A stretch of DNA of 64,000 bases from Desulfatiglandales bacterium. Its GTDB lineage: Bacteria > Desulfobacterota > DSM-4660 > Desulfatiglandales > Desulfatiglandaceae. The stretch lies in contig OY759599.1 in the NCBI GenBank assembly GCA_963662465.1, positions 3,936,001-4,000,000 on the forward strand. The letters are read 5' to 3'. Shown piece by piece: positions 41,757-51,926 of this stretch; position 1 is the first letter of the stretch, and each line of letters begins with the position of its first letter. Under the pieces are notes generated by a model that saw only the letters and a list, made by a program, of their open reading frames with translations, made no database searches and was not told the origin of the DNA. Made by a program: the position numbers and the translations under genes.

Positions 41757-44639
41757 TTACCCCAGGACCTTCTTCAAAACATGTTCAAGATCAGATATTT
41801 GATACGGCTTGGCCATGGCCCCCCGAAAGCCGTATTCCTCAAAATGGGCCAATACCGGGTCATTGAAATAGCCGCTGCAGACGATGGCCTTTACATCCGG
41901 ATCGATTTTGAGGAGTTCCTTGATGGCCTGTTCGCCACCCATTCCCTCTTTAATGGTCAGATCCAGAATAACCCCGTCAAAATGTTCTCCTGAATCCAGA
42001 TGGTTGTTGTAAATTTTAATGGCTTCCACACCATCCTTTACGGTTTCTACTTCATACCCCAATCGTTCCAGCATCCTCCGGGCCAGATTTCTCAGCATTT
42101 CCTCATCGTCCATGACCAGAATTTTTTGGATTGTTGATTGTTGATTGGCGATTGTTGATTGGGCTTGCGCATCATCACGCTGAGCGGCTGCTCCGTGCAA
42201 TGTGGCGCCTGTTTCACCAGGGCTCTCTGAGCATTCGGAAGCAGGGAGGTACATGAGTACGGTGGTTCCCTCGCCAGGAGCCGAAGTCACGGCAATATGT
42301 CCGCCATGATTTCGAAGGATGGCGTAGGCAGTGGTCAGCCCCAGGCCCATTCCCTTTTGGACGCCTCTTTCCTTTGTGGAAAAATAGGGATCAAAGATTT
42401 GACTCAGGTGTTCTTTTGAAATACCTCGCCCCTCATCTTTGATGGAAACCCTCACATACTTCCCTTTCTTGAGAGGCAATTCGGAGCCCAAGCCTTTATC
42501 CTCAATGACTTTATTTTCCGCCTTGATGATGATGCTCCCGCCCTGGGCCATGGCCTCAGCGGCGTTCATAAGCACATTGCTGATGGCGTACTGCATCTGC
42601 CTTAGATCATATTCCACGAGCCAGAGATTATCCTGGATGGTAAAGATCGTCAATACTCCATTGGCCCGGGTCTGTTGCGGGATATCTTTCAGGAGGCTCT
42701 CCATAGACCCCGGTTTTTTTACGGGATGCCCTCCCCGGGAGAGGGTCATAAGTTCATGGGTCAGATCCCGTGCTTTCAAGGATGCCTGTTCAGCCTCATC
42801 AAGGAATCCTGACAGGTGCGAATGGGGTGCGGTTTCCTCCCGGGCCATGGAGAGGTTCCCCATGATCATGGCCAAGAGATTGTTGTAATCATGGGCAATG
42901 CCGCCTGTTAGCGTGCTGATGGCTTCCATTTTCCGAGCTTGGAGAAGCTCCTCTCTGAGTTGCCTTTCTTTGGTTATATCGATGAACAATCCTTTCAGAC
43001 CCCTGAAGCGATCCCCGACGTAAATCGGTCGCGAGGAGGACCTGACCCAGTGGTATTCCCCCGTTTTGGCCCGCAGCCGATATTCAGAGGGCCTGAGGAT
43101 TCCCTTCTCAATGTCCTGAAATCTGCCCTGTATGACGGGAAGATCATCGGGGTGCAAAAATTCAGTAAAAGACTTTCCCATGAACTCCGAAAGATCATAT
43201 CCCATAACGGGTGTTGCCCGGGGGCTGATGTAGGTAATAAGACCATCCTCATCGATGGAATAGATCACATCATTGATGTTTTCCACCAGATCGCGATAGC
43301 TTTCGGCGGTCTCCCTGACCCTGGCAAGCAGGATGTCATGTTCCGCCTCCAGGGCCTTTTGCCGGGTCACATCCCGCCCGCAACCCACAGTGCCGATAAT
43401 GCCACCGTTTTCATCCAGAAAAGGCGCCTTGAGAACTTCCAGATGAACAAATCGACCCTTTACGTATCCGGCTTCGTCAAATTTCCCCGGCTGTTTGCTT
43501 TCCAGGACGATTTTCTCCGAATCAGCATGACCGTCCCCCAGGGTATGCCGCTGGGGATCACCGGGCCGCCTTTGCTTCTCCCGATCGATGAAATAGGCCT
43601 CTGTCTTACCGATGGGCTCATCCGTATCTTTTGCCATCAACCGGTTTCGACACGTGGCTTCATTTGCAAAAAGAAACCTTCCTTCCAGATCTTTGGCCCA
43701 GATCATGTCGGGCGCATTGTCGAACATCAACCGCATGGCGCCGTAGAGGGATTTATGTTTCAGTTCACTTTCCGCCAGGGTTTGCGCAGTCTGTTTCTGG
43801 TCTGTAATATCAAGAATTTGAACCAGATAACCCCTAATGGATTCTTCTTCGGTAATTCCCAATGGCGTAATTTGCACATCGAGATAGGCAATGCCTGATT
43901 TTGTCGTTTTATACAGATTCAGTTTTTTAACTTTTTCAAAATCAAATGCCGCTTCATATCTTATGCTTTCATGTTTCCGGAGCCGCGTTTTATTATCATC
44001 AGAGATATTGGGATCATCAAATAATTTGAAACCCATTATTTCCGAAACCGCTGAAAGACCGAAGATATCCAGACAGGCTTTATTGACATGCTGGAGTTCT
44101 CCACCAACGTTGTAAATTTCAATCCCGATGGGTGATTGTTCGTAGATGGTTTTGAAACGCTCCTCGCTCGCCCGCAGCGCCTTTTCGGTTTTCTTTCGTT
44201 CTGCTATCTCCCGCTTTAAATCAAGGTTCGTTTGCTCAAGATGATCATAGGCGGCCTTGAGTTTCAATTCCAGGTTCCTTCTGCACAGCACAATCTCGAT
44301 AACCCCTCTGATTTCATTTTCGTCAAAAGGCTTCATCACATAACCGAAGGGTTCCACCTCCCTGGCTCTTTCGATATATTCCGGATCATCGAATCCGGTA
44401 ATAAACACCACTGCCGCGTCTATTTCCCCCTTGATCTTCCGTGCGGCGGAAATACCGTCGAGTTCTCCCGGCATGACCACATCCATCAGAATCAGGTCGG
44501 GCTTTAAATCACGGGCCATTTCAACCGCAGACAGGCCCGTATCGGCAACCCCCACAACATCATAGTTTATGTGGGTAAGATATTCCTCCAACTCCATCTG
44601 AATGGCGGCATCGTCATCGGCGATCACGATTCTCGGCAT
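41757..44639 (-). CDS. REC-PAS3-HisKA-HATPase-REC hybrid kinase
   Basis: IVIADDD...LMDVVMP, TGGIAHDYNN, FDPYFSTK, ILVMDDE. Confidence 0.92.
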   Translation of the reverse strand: MPRIVIADDDAAIQMELEEYLTHINYDVVGVADTGLSAVEMARDLKPDLILMDVVMPGELDGISAARKIKGEIDAAVVFITGFDDPEYIERAREVEPFGYVMKPFDENEIRGVIEIVLCRRNLELKLKAAYDHLEQTNLDLKREIAERKKTEKALRASEERFKTIYEQSPIGIEIYNVGGELQHVNKACLDIFGLSAVSEIMGFKLFDDPNISDDNKTRLRKHESIRYEAAFDFEKVKKLNLYKTTKSGIAYLDVQITPLGITEEESIRGYLVQILDITDQKQTAQTLAESELKHKSLYGAMRLMFDNAPDMIWAKDLEGRFLFANEATCRNRLMAKDTDEPIGKTEAYFIDREKQRRPGDPQRHTLGDGHADSEKIVLESKQPGKFDEAGYVKGRFVHLEVLKAPFLDENGGIIGTVGCGRDVTRQKALEAEHDILLARVRETAESYRDLVENINDVIYSIDEDGLITYISPRATPVMGYDLSEFMGKSFTEFLHPDDLPVIQGRFQDIEKGILRPSEYRLRAKTGEYHWVRSSSRPIYVGDRFRGLKGLFIDITKERQLREELLQARKMEAISTLTGGIAHDYNNLLAMIMGNLSMAREETAPHSHLSGFLDEAEQASLKARDLTHELMTLSRGGHPVKKPGSMESLLKDIPQQTRANGVLTIFTIQDNLWLVEYDLRQMQYAISNVLMNAAEAMAQGGSIIIKAENKVIEDKGLGSELPLKKGKYVRVSIKDEGRGISKEHLSQIFDPYFSTKERGVQKGMGLGLTTAYAILRNHGGHIAVTSAPGEGTTVLMYLPASECSESPGETGATLHGAAAQRDDAQAQSTIANQQSTIQKILVMDDEEMLRNLARRMLERLGYEVETVKDGVEAIKIYNNHLDSGEHFDGVILDLTIKEGMGGEQAIKELLKIDPDVKAIVCSGYFNDPVLAHFEEYGFRGAMAKPYQISDLEHVLKKVLG

Positions 44640-44705
44640 AATTGAGGCTCCTGTACACAACGTGTTCTAATGGATCCCAGGACAGTTCCTGGGGATTTTT
44701 CTCTT

Positions 44706-45138
44706 CTATTTGACCGGGGCGGCAATCGTTGTTCGTCCTTCCAACACCTCCTTCAATCTCTCAGCCAATGTCGAGATCAAGAACGGTTTCTGAATAAAGG
44801 CTTGGGCGCCGGCGTCCAGTATCTCCCGGGCAGGGCCGTCTATGCTGTAGCCGCTGCACACGATAACCCAGCGTCTCTAACATCTTTCCAAAAAAGTTTC
44901 ACGATCGGCGCTTCGTCTTCAATCACCAGGACAACCCTCTCATCCGTGAGCAAATCAACCGCTGGCGCGGAAACGACCCTTTCCACCACCTCCCCTTCAA
45001 CCCCTTCCACAGTCTCCAAAGCAGGCAGGTACAGGGTGACCATCGTCCCTTTGCCCGATTCTGATGCCACGGTGATGGTGTGCCGTCATGGTTTTTTATA
45101 ATACCGTAAGCCGCTGGCATTCCAAGCCCGCGGCCGAT
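44706..45138 (-). pseudogene. Degraded third copy of the MASE3 kinase 3' end
   Basis: Matches 26163-26752 with internal deletions and frameshifts. Confidence 0.8.
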
Positions 45139-45416
45139 AAAAGGCGGGACAGATGTACCGTCCCCGGGTAGTTGAGCATGAGCATGGCGTCTTCCGCCAC
45201 GGCGCCGGTAAAAATCTGGTGAACCGTGGCAATTTCTTCATGAACAAATTCGCCCAGACAATCCTTAAGTTCATGAATGGGATGAATGCTCACCTTCGGG
45301 ACTTCCAGCAGAACCCGATGGCCGGTGAGCTCCGACAGCGACGCGGCGGCCCGGGAAAAGGCGATGTTGATCACTTCCGTGAGGGCATCGCTCTGATTTT
45401 CAGTGAGAAACATCAT
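45139..45416 (-). pseudogene. cheC: CheC-family gene, 5' half only
   Basis: DALTEVINIAFSRAAASLSELTGHRVLLEVPKV; fused to the kinase remnant. Confidence 0.8.
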
Positions 45417-45529
45417 GGTTTTTTTCCTTTCAGGGCCTCTGCAACAATTGAAGTATCTTTTCCAGAACATCCAATGCATGTACCCCTCTATTTTTTAACC
45501 GCCAAGACCTTGAACCGGCGGCCCGGCAC

Positions 45530-45659
<130 letters not shown>

Positions 45660-45703
45660 TCGAGCTATGGAACATGGCGGGACTCCTAAAGCGGCAAGCC
45701 GCA

Positions 45704-45750
45704 GTTTTAGGGTTTAAGTTTTAAGTTTTAGGTTTTAAGTTTTAAGTTTT
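45704..45750. repeat. GTTTTA(A/G) heptamer tandem repeat (6+ units here, 3+ units at 33418-33443)
   Basis: Read directly from the sequence. Confidence 0.8.
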
Positions 45751-46050
45751 TCTATCAATGAATTCATGTTGTTATATTGATCATCTTGTTTTTTTTCGAA
45801 GAATTCAATCTGTAAGTCACCAATAAATCGTCGCTTGATCGGAATGTATCCTCTGTTATCCATTCTTTCCGCAAACCTGTTTTTTGTCAACCCTAAAGCA
45901 GTCGTTGATGCCTCGGTCCTTTGCGCTTTTGCCAACAGTTTCCCCCTGTCACTGCCAATACCCGCAAATCCCAAAAAAAAGTTGTCCTTATTAACGTTAC
46001 AGCTTATAATAAAAATTAATTTAAGCATTAAGCTTTTGAGGAGGCACATC

Positions 46051-46263
46051 ATGGAAGCAATTGAGTTTAAAGCGAAAATCAAAAACGGGTTTATTCGAGT
46101 TCCTGAAAAATTTAAACAAAGAACCGACAGCAACGTAAAGGTCATTTTAATAAGTGAACAAAAGGTCAGCCAAACCGATATAATCGATAAGCTGTTGTTA
46201 AATCCTATAAAATCAAAGGATTTTTCACCTTTTTTGAGAGAAGAAATTTATGAACGGTTTTAA
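46051..46263 (+). CDS. Small orphan antitoxin-like protein
   Basis: RBS GAGGAGG; MEAIEFKAKIKNGFIRVPE...FLREEIYER resembles antitoxins found upstream of PIN toxins; an overlapping ATG at 46250 runs into the MITE. Confidence 0.55.
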   Translation: MEAIEFKAKIKNGFIRVPEKFKQRTDSNVKVILISEQKVSQTDIIDKLLLNPIKSKDFSPFLREEIYERF

Positions 46264-46274
46264 TGTAAAGCCTG

Positions 46275-46450
46275 AGAGCCTGTCTAAAAATTATCTCGTC
46301 GCGAGGTTGAGCGAGGTTTTCGAGGGCAAGGAAGCGATAAAAATGGGGCTGAAAGCGTAGTAGCGCTACGGTGAAGACCCATTTTTGTCGCTGACGCAGC
46401 CACCGGAAACCGCAGCCGACCGCAGCAGAGATAATTTTCAAACAGGCTCT
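46275..46450. mobile_element. 176-bp MITE, IS5-like ends
   Basis: 23-bp TIRs AGAGCCTGTyTrAAAATTATCTC (21/23 match); non-coding; partial copy at 20621-20667. Confidence 0.7.
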
Positions 46451-46517
46451 TAGCAACGCTGCGAGGAGGATTTTGGTGGAACGTTAAACGGGTTCCTATG
46501 ATGAAAGGGTAAGAGAG

Positions 46518-46533
46518 AGCAAATTTTGCGCCA
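46518..46533 (-). promoter_or_regulatory. Sigma54 promoter variant followed by a short (CT)n-TTACC leader
   Basis: TGGCGC-AAAAT-TTGCT-CTCTCTTACC. Confidence 0.6.
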
Positions 46534-46741
46534 TCTCATCGTCGGACACAGGTGGGCTCCTCCTGAAATGTTACCTTGCCGGCTAATGAGCCTAATATAA
46601 TTGAATTATGCGAAGCCCTGCATACCATCAATAAAAAACCCCGCCGTATTGCCGGAGTTTGAGACGTCCAATCTTCTGTCGATTTACCTTGACAGTACAA
46701 TGAGATGGTTGGTAGCATCAAAACAAACCGGTATTGAAAAA

Positions 46742-46948
46742 ATGATATTAAATAACAAACAATTAGAGACGCTTTCAAAAGTATTTATTGATTTCGGCAA
46801 GATCATATTTGCAGCCCTTGTAGTCGGCAACTTCTTGCCGAAAAACATTGTCCTCATAAACTATACACTGATAGGCATCGGTTTGCTGATTTCCGCTATA
46901 TCCATTATTTTCGGCGTCTTTCTTCTCAAAGGAGATAACAATAAATGA
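46742..46948 (+). CDS. 68-aa two-TM membrane peptide
   Basis: Two hydrophobic segments; TTGACA-N18-TAGCAT promoter at 46689-46718; duplicated at 13749. Confidence 0.6.
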   Translation: MILNNKQLETLSKVFIDFGKIIFAALVVGNFLPKNIVLINYTLIGIGLLISAISIIFGVFLLKGDNNK

Positions 46949-47043
46949 CCGGCTTGCTTTTAATAGGCGCTTTCATAATCGTAGGTGGCCTGGTAGCGCT
47001 TTATTTTGCTCGCGACAGAAAAGCCCGGTACCGATCTCGTTAA
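46945..47043 (+). CDS. 32-aa single-TM peptide with basic tail
   Basis: AAGGAG RBS, ATGA overlap, MTGLLLIGAFIIVGGLVALYFARDRKARYRSR; ORF conserved in the second copy. Confidence 0.6.
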   Translation: MTGLLLIGAFIIVGGLVALYFARDRKARYRSR

Positions 47044-47067
47044 TCCGCGTTGAGCCGATGGTTTTTT

Positions 47068-47649
47068 CTATTTGGGAGATTTGATATAGTGGTTTCTATG
47101 AATTCTCGGCTCTTTACGGGGAGGAGACTTTGTGGCCCCTCCGGGTGTTCCGATGGGAATGATCCCGGCGATTTCAAGGTGTTCCGGAATATTCAGAAGC
47201 GGACGCAGTTTTTCAGGCCTGAAGAATGTAAACCAGAGGGCGCCCAGTCCCATATCCGCGCATGCAAGGAGCATATTTTGGACACAGGCTGAAGCAGCCT
47301 GGATAGCGCCATATTCCTGACCAAAATACGCCCCCAAACCCCCACGGGACGGATCGACAACAACCACTATCAGAAGGGGCGCTTCCTTCAGAAAGTCCAT
47401 TTCATACCCTGCTGCCCATGAGGGGCCGTTCTTCGCCTTGACTTCTCCTTTGGCATCTTCACCGACCATCCGGACCTGAGCTTTGAGTTGGGGGTCATCA
47501 ATAAGGATGAATTCCCACGGCTGCAAATTCAGGGGACTCGGCGCCCATCGGCCGGCTTCAAGAATACCTGCCAATTGAGCCTCGGAGGGGGTGGTTTTTT
47601 CAAACGATCGAAAACTCCTTCTTGCTTTTACCAGTTTCTCGAATTCCAT
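47068..47649 (-). CDS. Nitroreductase family protein
   Basis: RRSFRSF, WAPSPLNLQPWEF, QNMLLAC..MGLGALW. Confidence 0.9.
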   Translation of the reverse strand: MEFEKLVKARRSFRSFEKTTPSEAQLAGILEAGRWAPSPLNLQPWEFILIDDPQLKAQVRMVGEDAKGEVKAKNGPSWAAGYEMDFLKEAPLLIVVVVDPSRGGLGAYFGQEYGAIQAASACVQNMLLACADMGLGALWFTFFRPEKLRPLLNIPEHLEIAGIIPIGTPGGATKSPPRKEPRIHRNHYIKSPK

Positions 47650-47680
47650 AACACTCCTCATCGTATACGCTGATATAATG

Positions 47681-48004
47681 TTAAAGTTCTATGGCTTGCC
47701 CCGTTTTTTTTATTTCATCTATAAAAATACCCCCCCCCGAAAAATCCTCAGGAGTGAAAGGTATTGGTTCGATCCTGCTATCAACCCCTCTTCTGAGCGG
47801 AACAATCATTCTTCTATCAGAAAATCTGTCTCCCGTAAAATTACTTGACACGATGGCAATATCTATATCACTATCTTCCCTGTAGTTACCTTTAACATAC
47901 GACCCAAACAATAAAGCTTTTTGGATGGGAATATTTTTCCCTTTAAGTATTAGGAGGTACTCTTTAACCAATTCTATGATTTGTTGATTAATAAAAGAAG
48001 CCAT
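47681..48004 (-). CDS. Minimal nucleotidyltransferase (MNT) antitoxin
   Basis: LLFGSYVKGNYREDSDIDIAIV. Confidence 0.85.
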   Translation of the reverse strand: MASFINQQIIELVKEYLLILKGKNIPIQKALLFGSYVKGNYREDSDIDIAIVSSNFTGDRFSDRRMIVPLRRGVDSRIEPIPFTPEDFSGGGIFIDEIKKTGQAIEL

Positions 48005-48245
48005 TCTCTCATCTCCTCAATCTGTTGCATCTTGGCACTTGTAAAATCCAATGTACATTTTTTATAAAACGACAGTTTTTCATCCGGATACCTTGCTTCT
48101 AAATTATAGTCAGATATTTCCTCTAACAAATCAATTTTCTTATCGCTCATGCCTATAGATGCTTTTTCAGCTATATATGAAAGATTGTGCGAAAATGGCG
48201 GTGTTTTATTCATTTTGTGAACAAAAATAGCCTTCAAAATTTTCC
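47974..48245 (-). pseudogene. HEPN-domain toxin, N-terminally truncated
   Basis: KILKA...PPFSHNL...LEARYPD; first HEPN helices and a proper start are absent. Confidence 0.7.
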
Positions 48246-48339
48246 AGGATAATTTCAAGCCCTTATTATGCTTATCAGGGGTCGCCCATTAAAGGGCTTG
48301 TCAAATGGGATGGGGATATCCCCATCCCAGAGGGAACGT

Positions 48340-49566
48340 CTATCGGCCTTTGATCTGTTTCAATTCTTCGGCGGAACGGCAGATTTCCGCACCCTGTATG
48401 GCATCAAAGCTTTTGGGCATTGAAAATCCGTATTTTTCATTGTAGGTGGTCAGGCCCCAAAGGCAATCTTCAACCACCTGATGATCTTCGGGTCTCATGA
48501 TTTTCCATCCTTCCGGGGTGTCCCAGGCGAGGGGCTCCCGGTCCACGGCCGCGATAATCTTTTCCGTATCAGTGGCGCCCGCTCGCTCTATTGCCGCCTT
48601 GATGAAATAGACCCCGGCATAGGTCTCCCCGGCCATATAGTCGGGGTATTCTTTGTACCGTTCGTAATAGGCCTTTACAAAATTTCGGTTCAAAGAGGAA
48701 TCGGGTGTGGTGAAAAAGTACCTCGATGACACATAGATCCCTTCCGGCATATCCTTTCCCATGGGCACCAGAACCTCGAGTGCCCCGGCACAGGGGAATG
48801 CAAATTTGATGTTCTTGAAAATTCCCGTGGGCAGGGCCTGCCTGATGAAATTAACCGCGTCCTCGCCCCACAGGGGAGACCAGACCACATCCGGCTTGGC
48901 TTCCTGAATCTGTTTGATGTAGGTTGAATAATCCTTTGCGAAAAATTTGGGGAACAGCTCCCCCACGATTTCTACATTCGGATTCAGTTCCTTGAGTTTT
49001 GCTTTAAACATATTCCAGGAAGAGTGCCCATAGGAGTAATCGGGAGCAATACACATATACCGTTTATAGGGCTTGGAGGCCAGCAGATAGGCACCCGAGC
49101 GGGCGTGCATCATGGCGTTGCTGAGGGTGCTGAAGATGTAGGGATGGCGTTTGGCGCCCGTGAGGACATCGGCCGCGGCCTGGGTGACGATCAGGATTTT
49201 TTTGTTTTTCCTGGCGATTTCCGTGAGCGGCATGGCCAGCCCGCTGGAGGTGGGGCCCATGAGGAAATCCACCTTGTCCACATTGATGAATTTTTCCGCA
49301 AGTGCAACGGCGATATCCTTTTTGAGCTTTGTATCTTCAACAATCGCTTCCATCTTTCGGCCCAGGATGCCGCCGCCGGCGTTGATTTCATCAACCGCCA
49401 GTTGAATGGCCTGGCGACCGTGTTTGCCGTATCCCCCCACTTTTCCCGATGAAATAAACATGGCCCCCAGTTTGATGGGCGGCATTTCCGCAAAGGCATT
49501 GCCCAGGGCAAAAACCAGATTCAGAAAAACAACGGCAAATCCTGTCAACCATCTCTTTTTGTTCAT
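48340..49566 (-). CDS. Liv-type ABC substrate-binding protein
   Basis: Signal peptide AFA, AVDEINAGGGILGR, VDFLMGPTSSG; RBS GGAGG. Confidence 0.9.
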   Translation of the reverse strand: MNKKRWLTGFAVVFLNLVFALGNAFAEMPPIKLGAMFISSGKVGGYGKHGRQAIQLAVDEINAGGGILGRKMEAIVEDTKLKKDIAVALAEKFINVDKVDFLMGPTSSGLAMPLTEIARKNKKILIVTQAAADVLTGAKRHPYIFSTLSNAMMHARSGAYLLASKPYKRYMCIAPDYSYGHSSWNMFKAKLKELNPNVEIVGELFPKFFAKDYSTYIKQIQEAKPDVVWSPLWGEDAVNFIRQALPTGIFKNIKFAFPCAGALEVLVPMGKDMPEGIYVSSRYFFTTPDSSLNRNFVKAYYERYKEYPDYMAGETYAGVYFIKAAIERAGATDTEKIIAAVDREPLAWDTPEGWKIMRPEDHQVVEDCLWGLTTYNEKYGFSMPKSFDAIQGAEICRSAEELKQIKGR

Positions 49567-49587
49567 TGCGACCTCCTTGAGTTGTGG

Positions 49588-49612
49588 GTAACCGTTCACG
49601 GTTTACGGTTAC
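49588..49612. mobile_element. 25-bp minimal IS66-type MITE / footprint
   Basis: GTAACCGTTCACGGTTTACGGTTAC flanked by AGTTGTGG / ATTTGTGG. Confidence 0.55.
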
Positions 49613-49670
49613 ATTTGTGGTTTGTTTTTATCCCGAGGGCTTAAAAATCCCTTAAACGCCGGTTGCACGA

Positions 49671-50189
49671 CTACTTTTTCAAAATAACGGGTTCCGGATT
49701 CTTTTCCGAAATAACGCTGTCCCAGAATGCTTTTTCTCCTTTCTGCCACCCGGGACCAAAGGCCTTGTTGAAAAACCCGCCCAAACGATCAAAAACCTTT
49801 CGCCACCCCCTGTGATGGCTCAGGGTCAAAACGTCTTCCAGAAACTTCGTAATCTCAGCCATTTTTTCCTTGGGAATAAAAGCCCTTGCGCCCAGTTCAA
49901 TGGATTTCTTAAGGGATTCCCGGGTCATGGCATGGGCCGTGAGCATGACGGCGGGGTAGCCCAGTGCGCAGGCCGCGTTTAACAGGTCAAAGCCCCTGAC
50001 CCCCATGATATCCAGAATGACCACATCGTAGGTCCAGCTTCTGAGAAGATGGTAGCCCGTTTCGTAATCCAGTGCCTTGTCAAAGATGAGACCGTCGAAA
50101 TCCTCCAGATGTTCCTCCAGCGTTTCCAGGACATCCGGTTCATCATCTACCGCCAGTATCCGTTTGTTGTTGAGTGTACTCTCAGACAT
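49671..50189 (-). CDS. Response regulator (REC + short C-terminal extension)
   Basis: ILAVDDE, ILDIMG, MLTAHA, FIPK. Confidence 0.88.
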   Translation of the reverse strand: MSESTLNNKRILAVDDEPDVLETLEEHLEDFDGLIFDKALDYETGYHLLRSWTYDVVILDIMGVRGFDLLNAACALGYPAVMLTAHAMTRESLKKSIELGARAFIPKEKMAEITKFLEDVLTLSHHRGWRKVFDRLGGFFNKAFGPGWQKGEKAFWDSVISEKNPEPVILKK

Positions 50190-50226
50190 TCCGATGTCTC
50201 CTCGTCCCCTGGTGTTTGTCTGTTTT

Positions 50227-51891
50227 TCAGGCTTTCTTTCCGGACTTGGTCATACGCCTTCTCTCTTCGTCGCGCACTTCCCTTCTCAGCAGTTTCCCCA
50301 CCTTGCTCTTGGGGAGCATGTCCCGGAATTCAATATAGCCCGGCACCTTGTAGGAGGCCAGTCGTTCCCGGCACCATTTGATGAGATCCGTTCCCCCCAC
50401 CCCTTTGGCGTCTTCTTTCAGAACCACGATGGCTTTGATGCGTTCTCCTACTTTGGGTTCGGGAATGCCCACGACGCAGGCGCCGATGACCGTGGGATGA
50501 TCCTGCAGCACCGCCTCGACCTCGGAGGCGGAAACCCGGTATCCCTTATGCTTGATCACGTCGGCGGATCGTTCCATGTAAACCAGTTGTCCATCCTCGT
50601 TCTGACTCACAAAGTCTCCCATGCGATAAAAGATACGGCCATCGATCTCGATGTAGCTGCGTTTTGTTTCATCGGGCTTGTTCCAGTATTCCTTCATGCT
50701 GTAAGGGGAAGTCACCAACAATTCCCCCGTTTTGCCGGGCGCTACCGGTTCCAGCGTCTCAGGATCCACCACAATACAGCTGCGGCTTCTGAGGGGCAAT
50801 CCAATGGTGTTGGGGTCTGGATCTTTCTCGATGCGACTGTAAGCAACGTGTCCTGCTTCCGTGGAACCATAGACCTGATAGATGGGCACATCAAAGCGCT
50901 CTTTCCAGCGATGAAAGACTTCCGCCGGCAACACGTCGCCGCCGCAATAACAATAGGCGAGACTGCTGAGATCATAGGATTCCAGACGGTCGTTTTCCAG
51001 AATCATGCGATAGAGGGCCGGAACCCCCAGAAACCACCGGGCGCCGAATCGCTCGATGGTACTCATAATGGCGTCCACCTGCGGGACCGGCATCAGCAGT
51101 ACGGCATTTCCCTTGTTGAGTCCAACGGCCATGCAAAGACCCAGGGCCATGATGTGAAACAGGGGATTGACCGCAATGTACACATCCTCTCCTTCCTTGA
51201 GGTGCCCGTAGGCCACGTCGTCGGTGACATCGTTCACGTAGGAGGTCATGCCGATATGGTTTCCCGGAACGCCTTTGGGAAACCCGGTGGTGCCCCCCGT
51301 GTAGAGGATGTATGACAGGTCTTTCCACGGATCCAGGGAAACGGGAGTGGAAAGGGGCTGATGTTTTAAAAGGGATCTGAAGGAGTGAACCCGTTTGTCC
51401 TTGTCCACCTTGCCGCTGGGAACCTTGTCGAACAACATGCCGAGGGAGCGTTTCCAGAGGGGAAGGAGATCCACCAGATTGGTGACGATAATGTTTTTGA
51501 GATCCGTCTTATCCGCCACTTCCTTGACATAACAGAAATTGGTGTCCAGGCAGATGATGGTTTCAGCACCCGCATCCTTGACCATGTATTCCACTTCAAA
51601 GGAGGTATAAATGGGAGACACGGGAACCAGGACCGCGCCTGCTTTTTGAATGCCCAAAAAACCTACCAGCCACTGAATGCAGTTGGACAGGTATATGATG
51701 ACCCGATCTCCCTTTTTGACCCCCAGGGCCGTCAGCGCGCCCGCGAACCGATTGCTGAGATCCTGCAATTGGGCATAGGTGAAACGCTCTCCCAGATAAA
51801 CCACCGCCGTCCGGTTGGGGTAGGTTTCACACATTGCGTCAAAACGCGTAAAAGTCAATTCCTTTGCCAGTGCTTGCTCATCTCTTTCCAT
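50227..51891 (-). CDS. Acyl/aryl-CoA ligase (AMP-binding)
   Basis: YTGGTTGFPKG, YGSTE, YRMGD, LPKSKVGKLLRR. Confidence 0.92.
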   Translation of the reverse strand: MERDEQALAKELTFTRFDAMCETYPNRTAVVYLGERFTYAQLQDLSNRFAGALTALGVKKGDRVIIYLSNCIQWLVGFLGIQKAGAVLVPVSPIYTSFEVEYMVKDAGAETIICLDTNFCYVKEVADKTDLKNIIVTNLVDLLPLWKRSLGMLFDKVPSGKVDKDKRVHSFRSLLKHQPLSTPVSLDPWKDLSYILYTGGTTGFPKGVPGNHIGMTSYVNDVTDDVAYGHLKEGEDVYIAVNPLFHIMALGLCMAVGLNKGNAVLLMPVPQVDAIMSTIERFGARWFLGVPALYRMILENDRLESYDLSSLAYCYCGGDVLPAEVFHRWKERFDVPIYQVYGSTEAGHVAYSRIEKDPDPNTIGLPLRSRSCIVVDPETLEPVAPGKTGELLVTSPYSMKEYWNKPDETKRSYIEIDGRIFYRMGDFVSQNEDGQLVYMERSADVIKHKGYRVSASEVEAVLQDHPTVIGACVVGIPEPKVGERIKAIVVLKEDAKGVGGTDLIKWCRERLASYKVPGYIEFRDMLPKSKVGKLLRREVRDEERRRMTKSGKKA

Positions 51892-51926
51892 GGGTTCAAA
51901 AACTCCATCAAGGTGTGTACAGGGCC

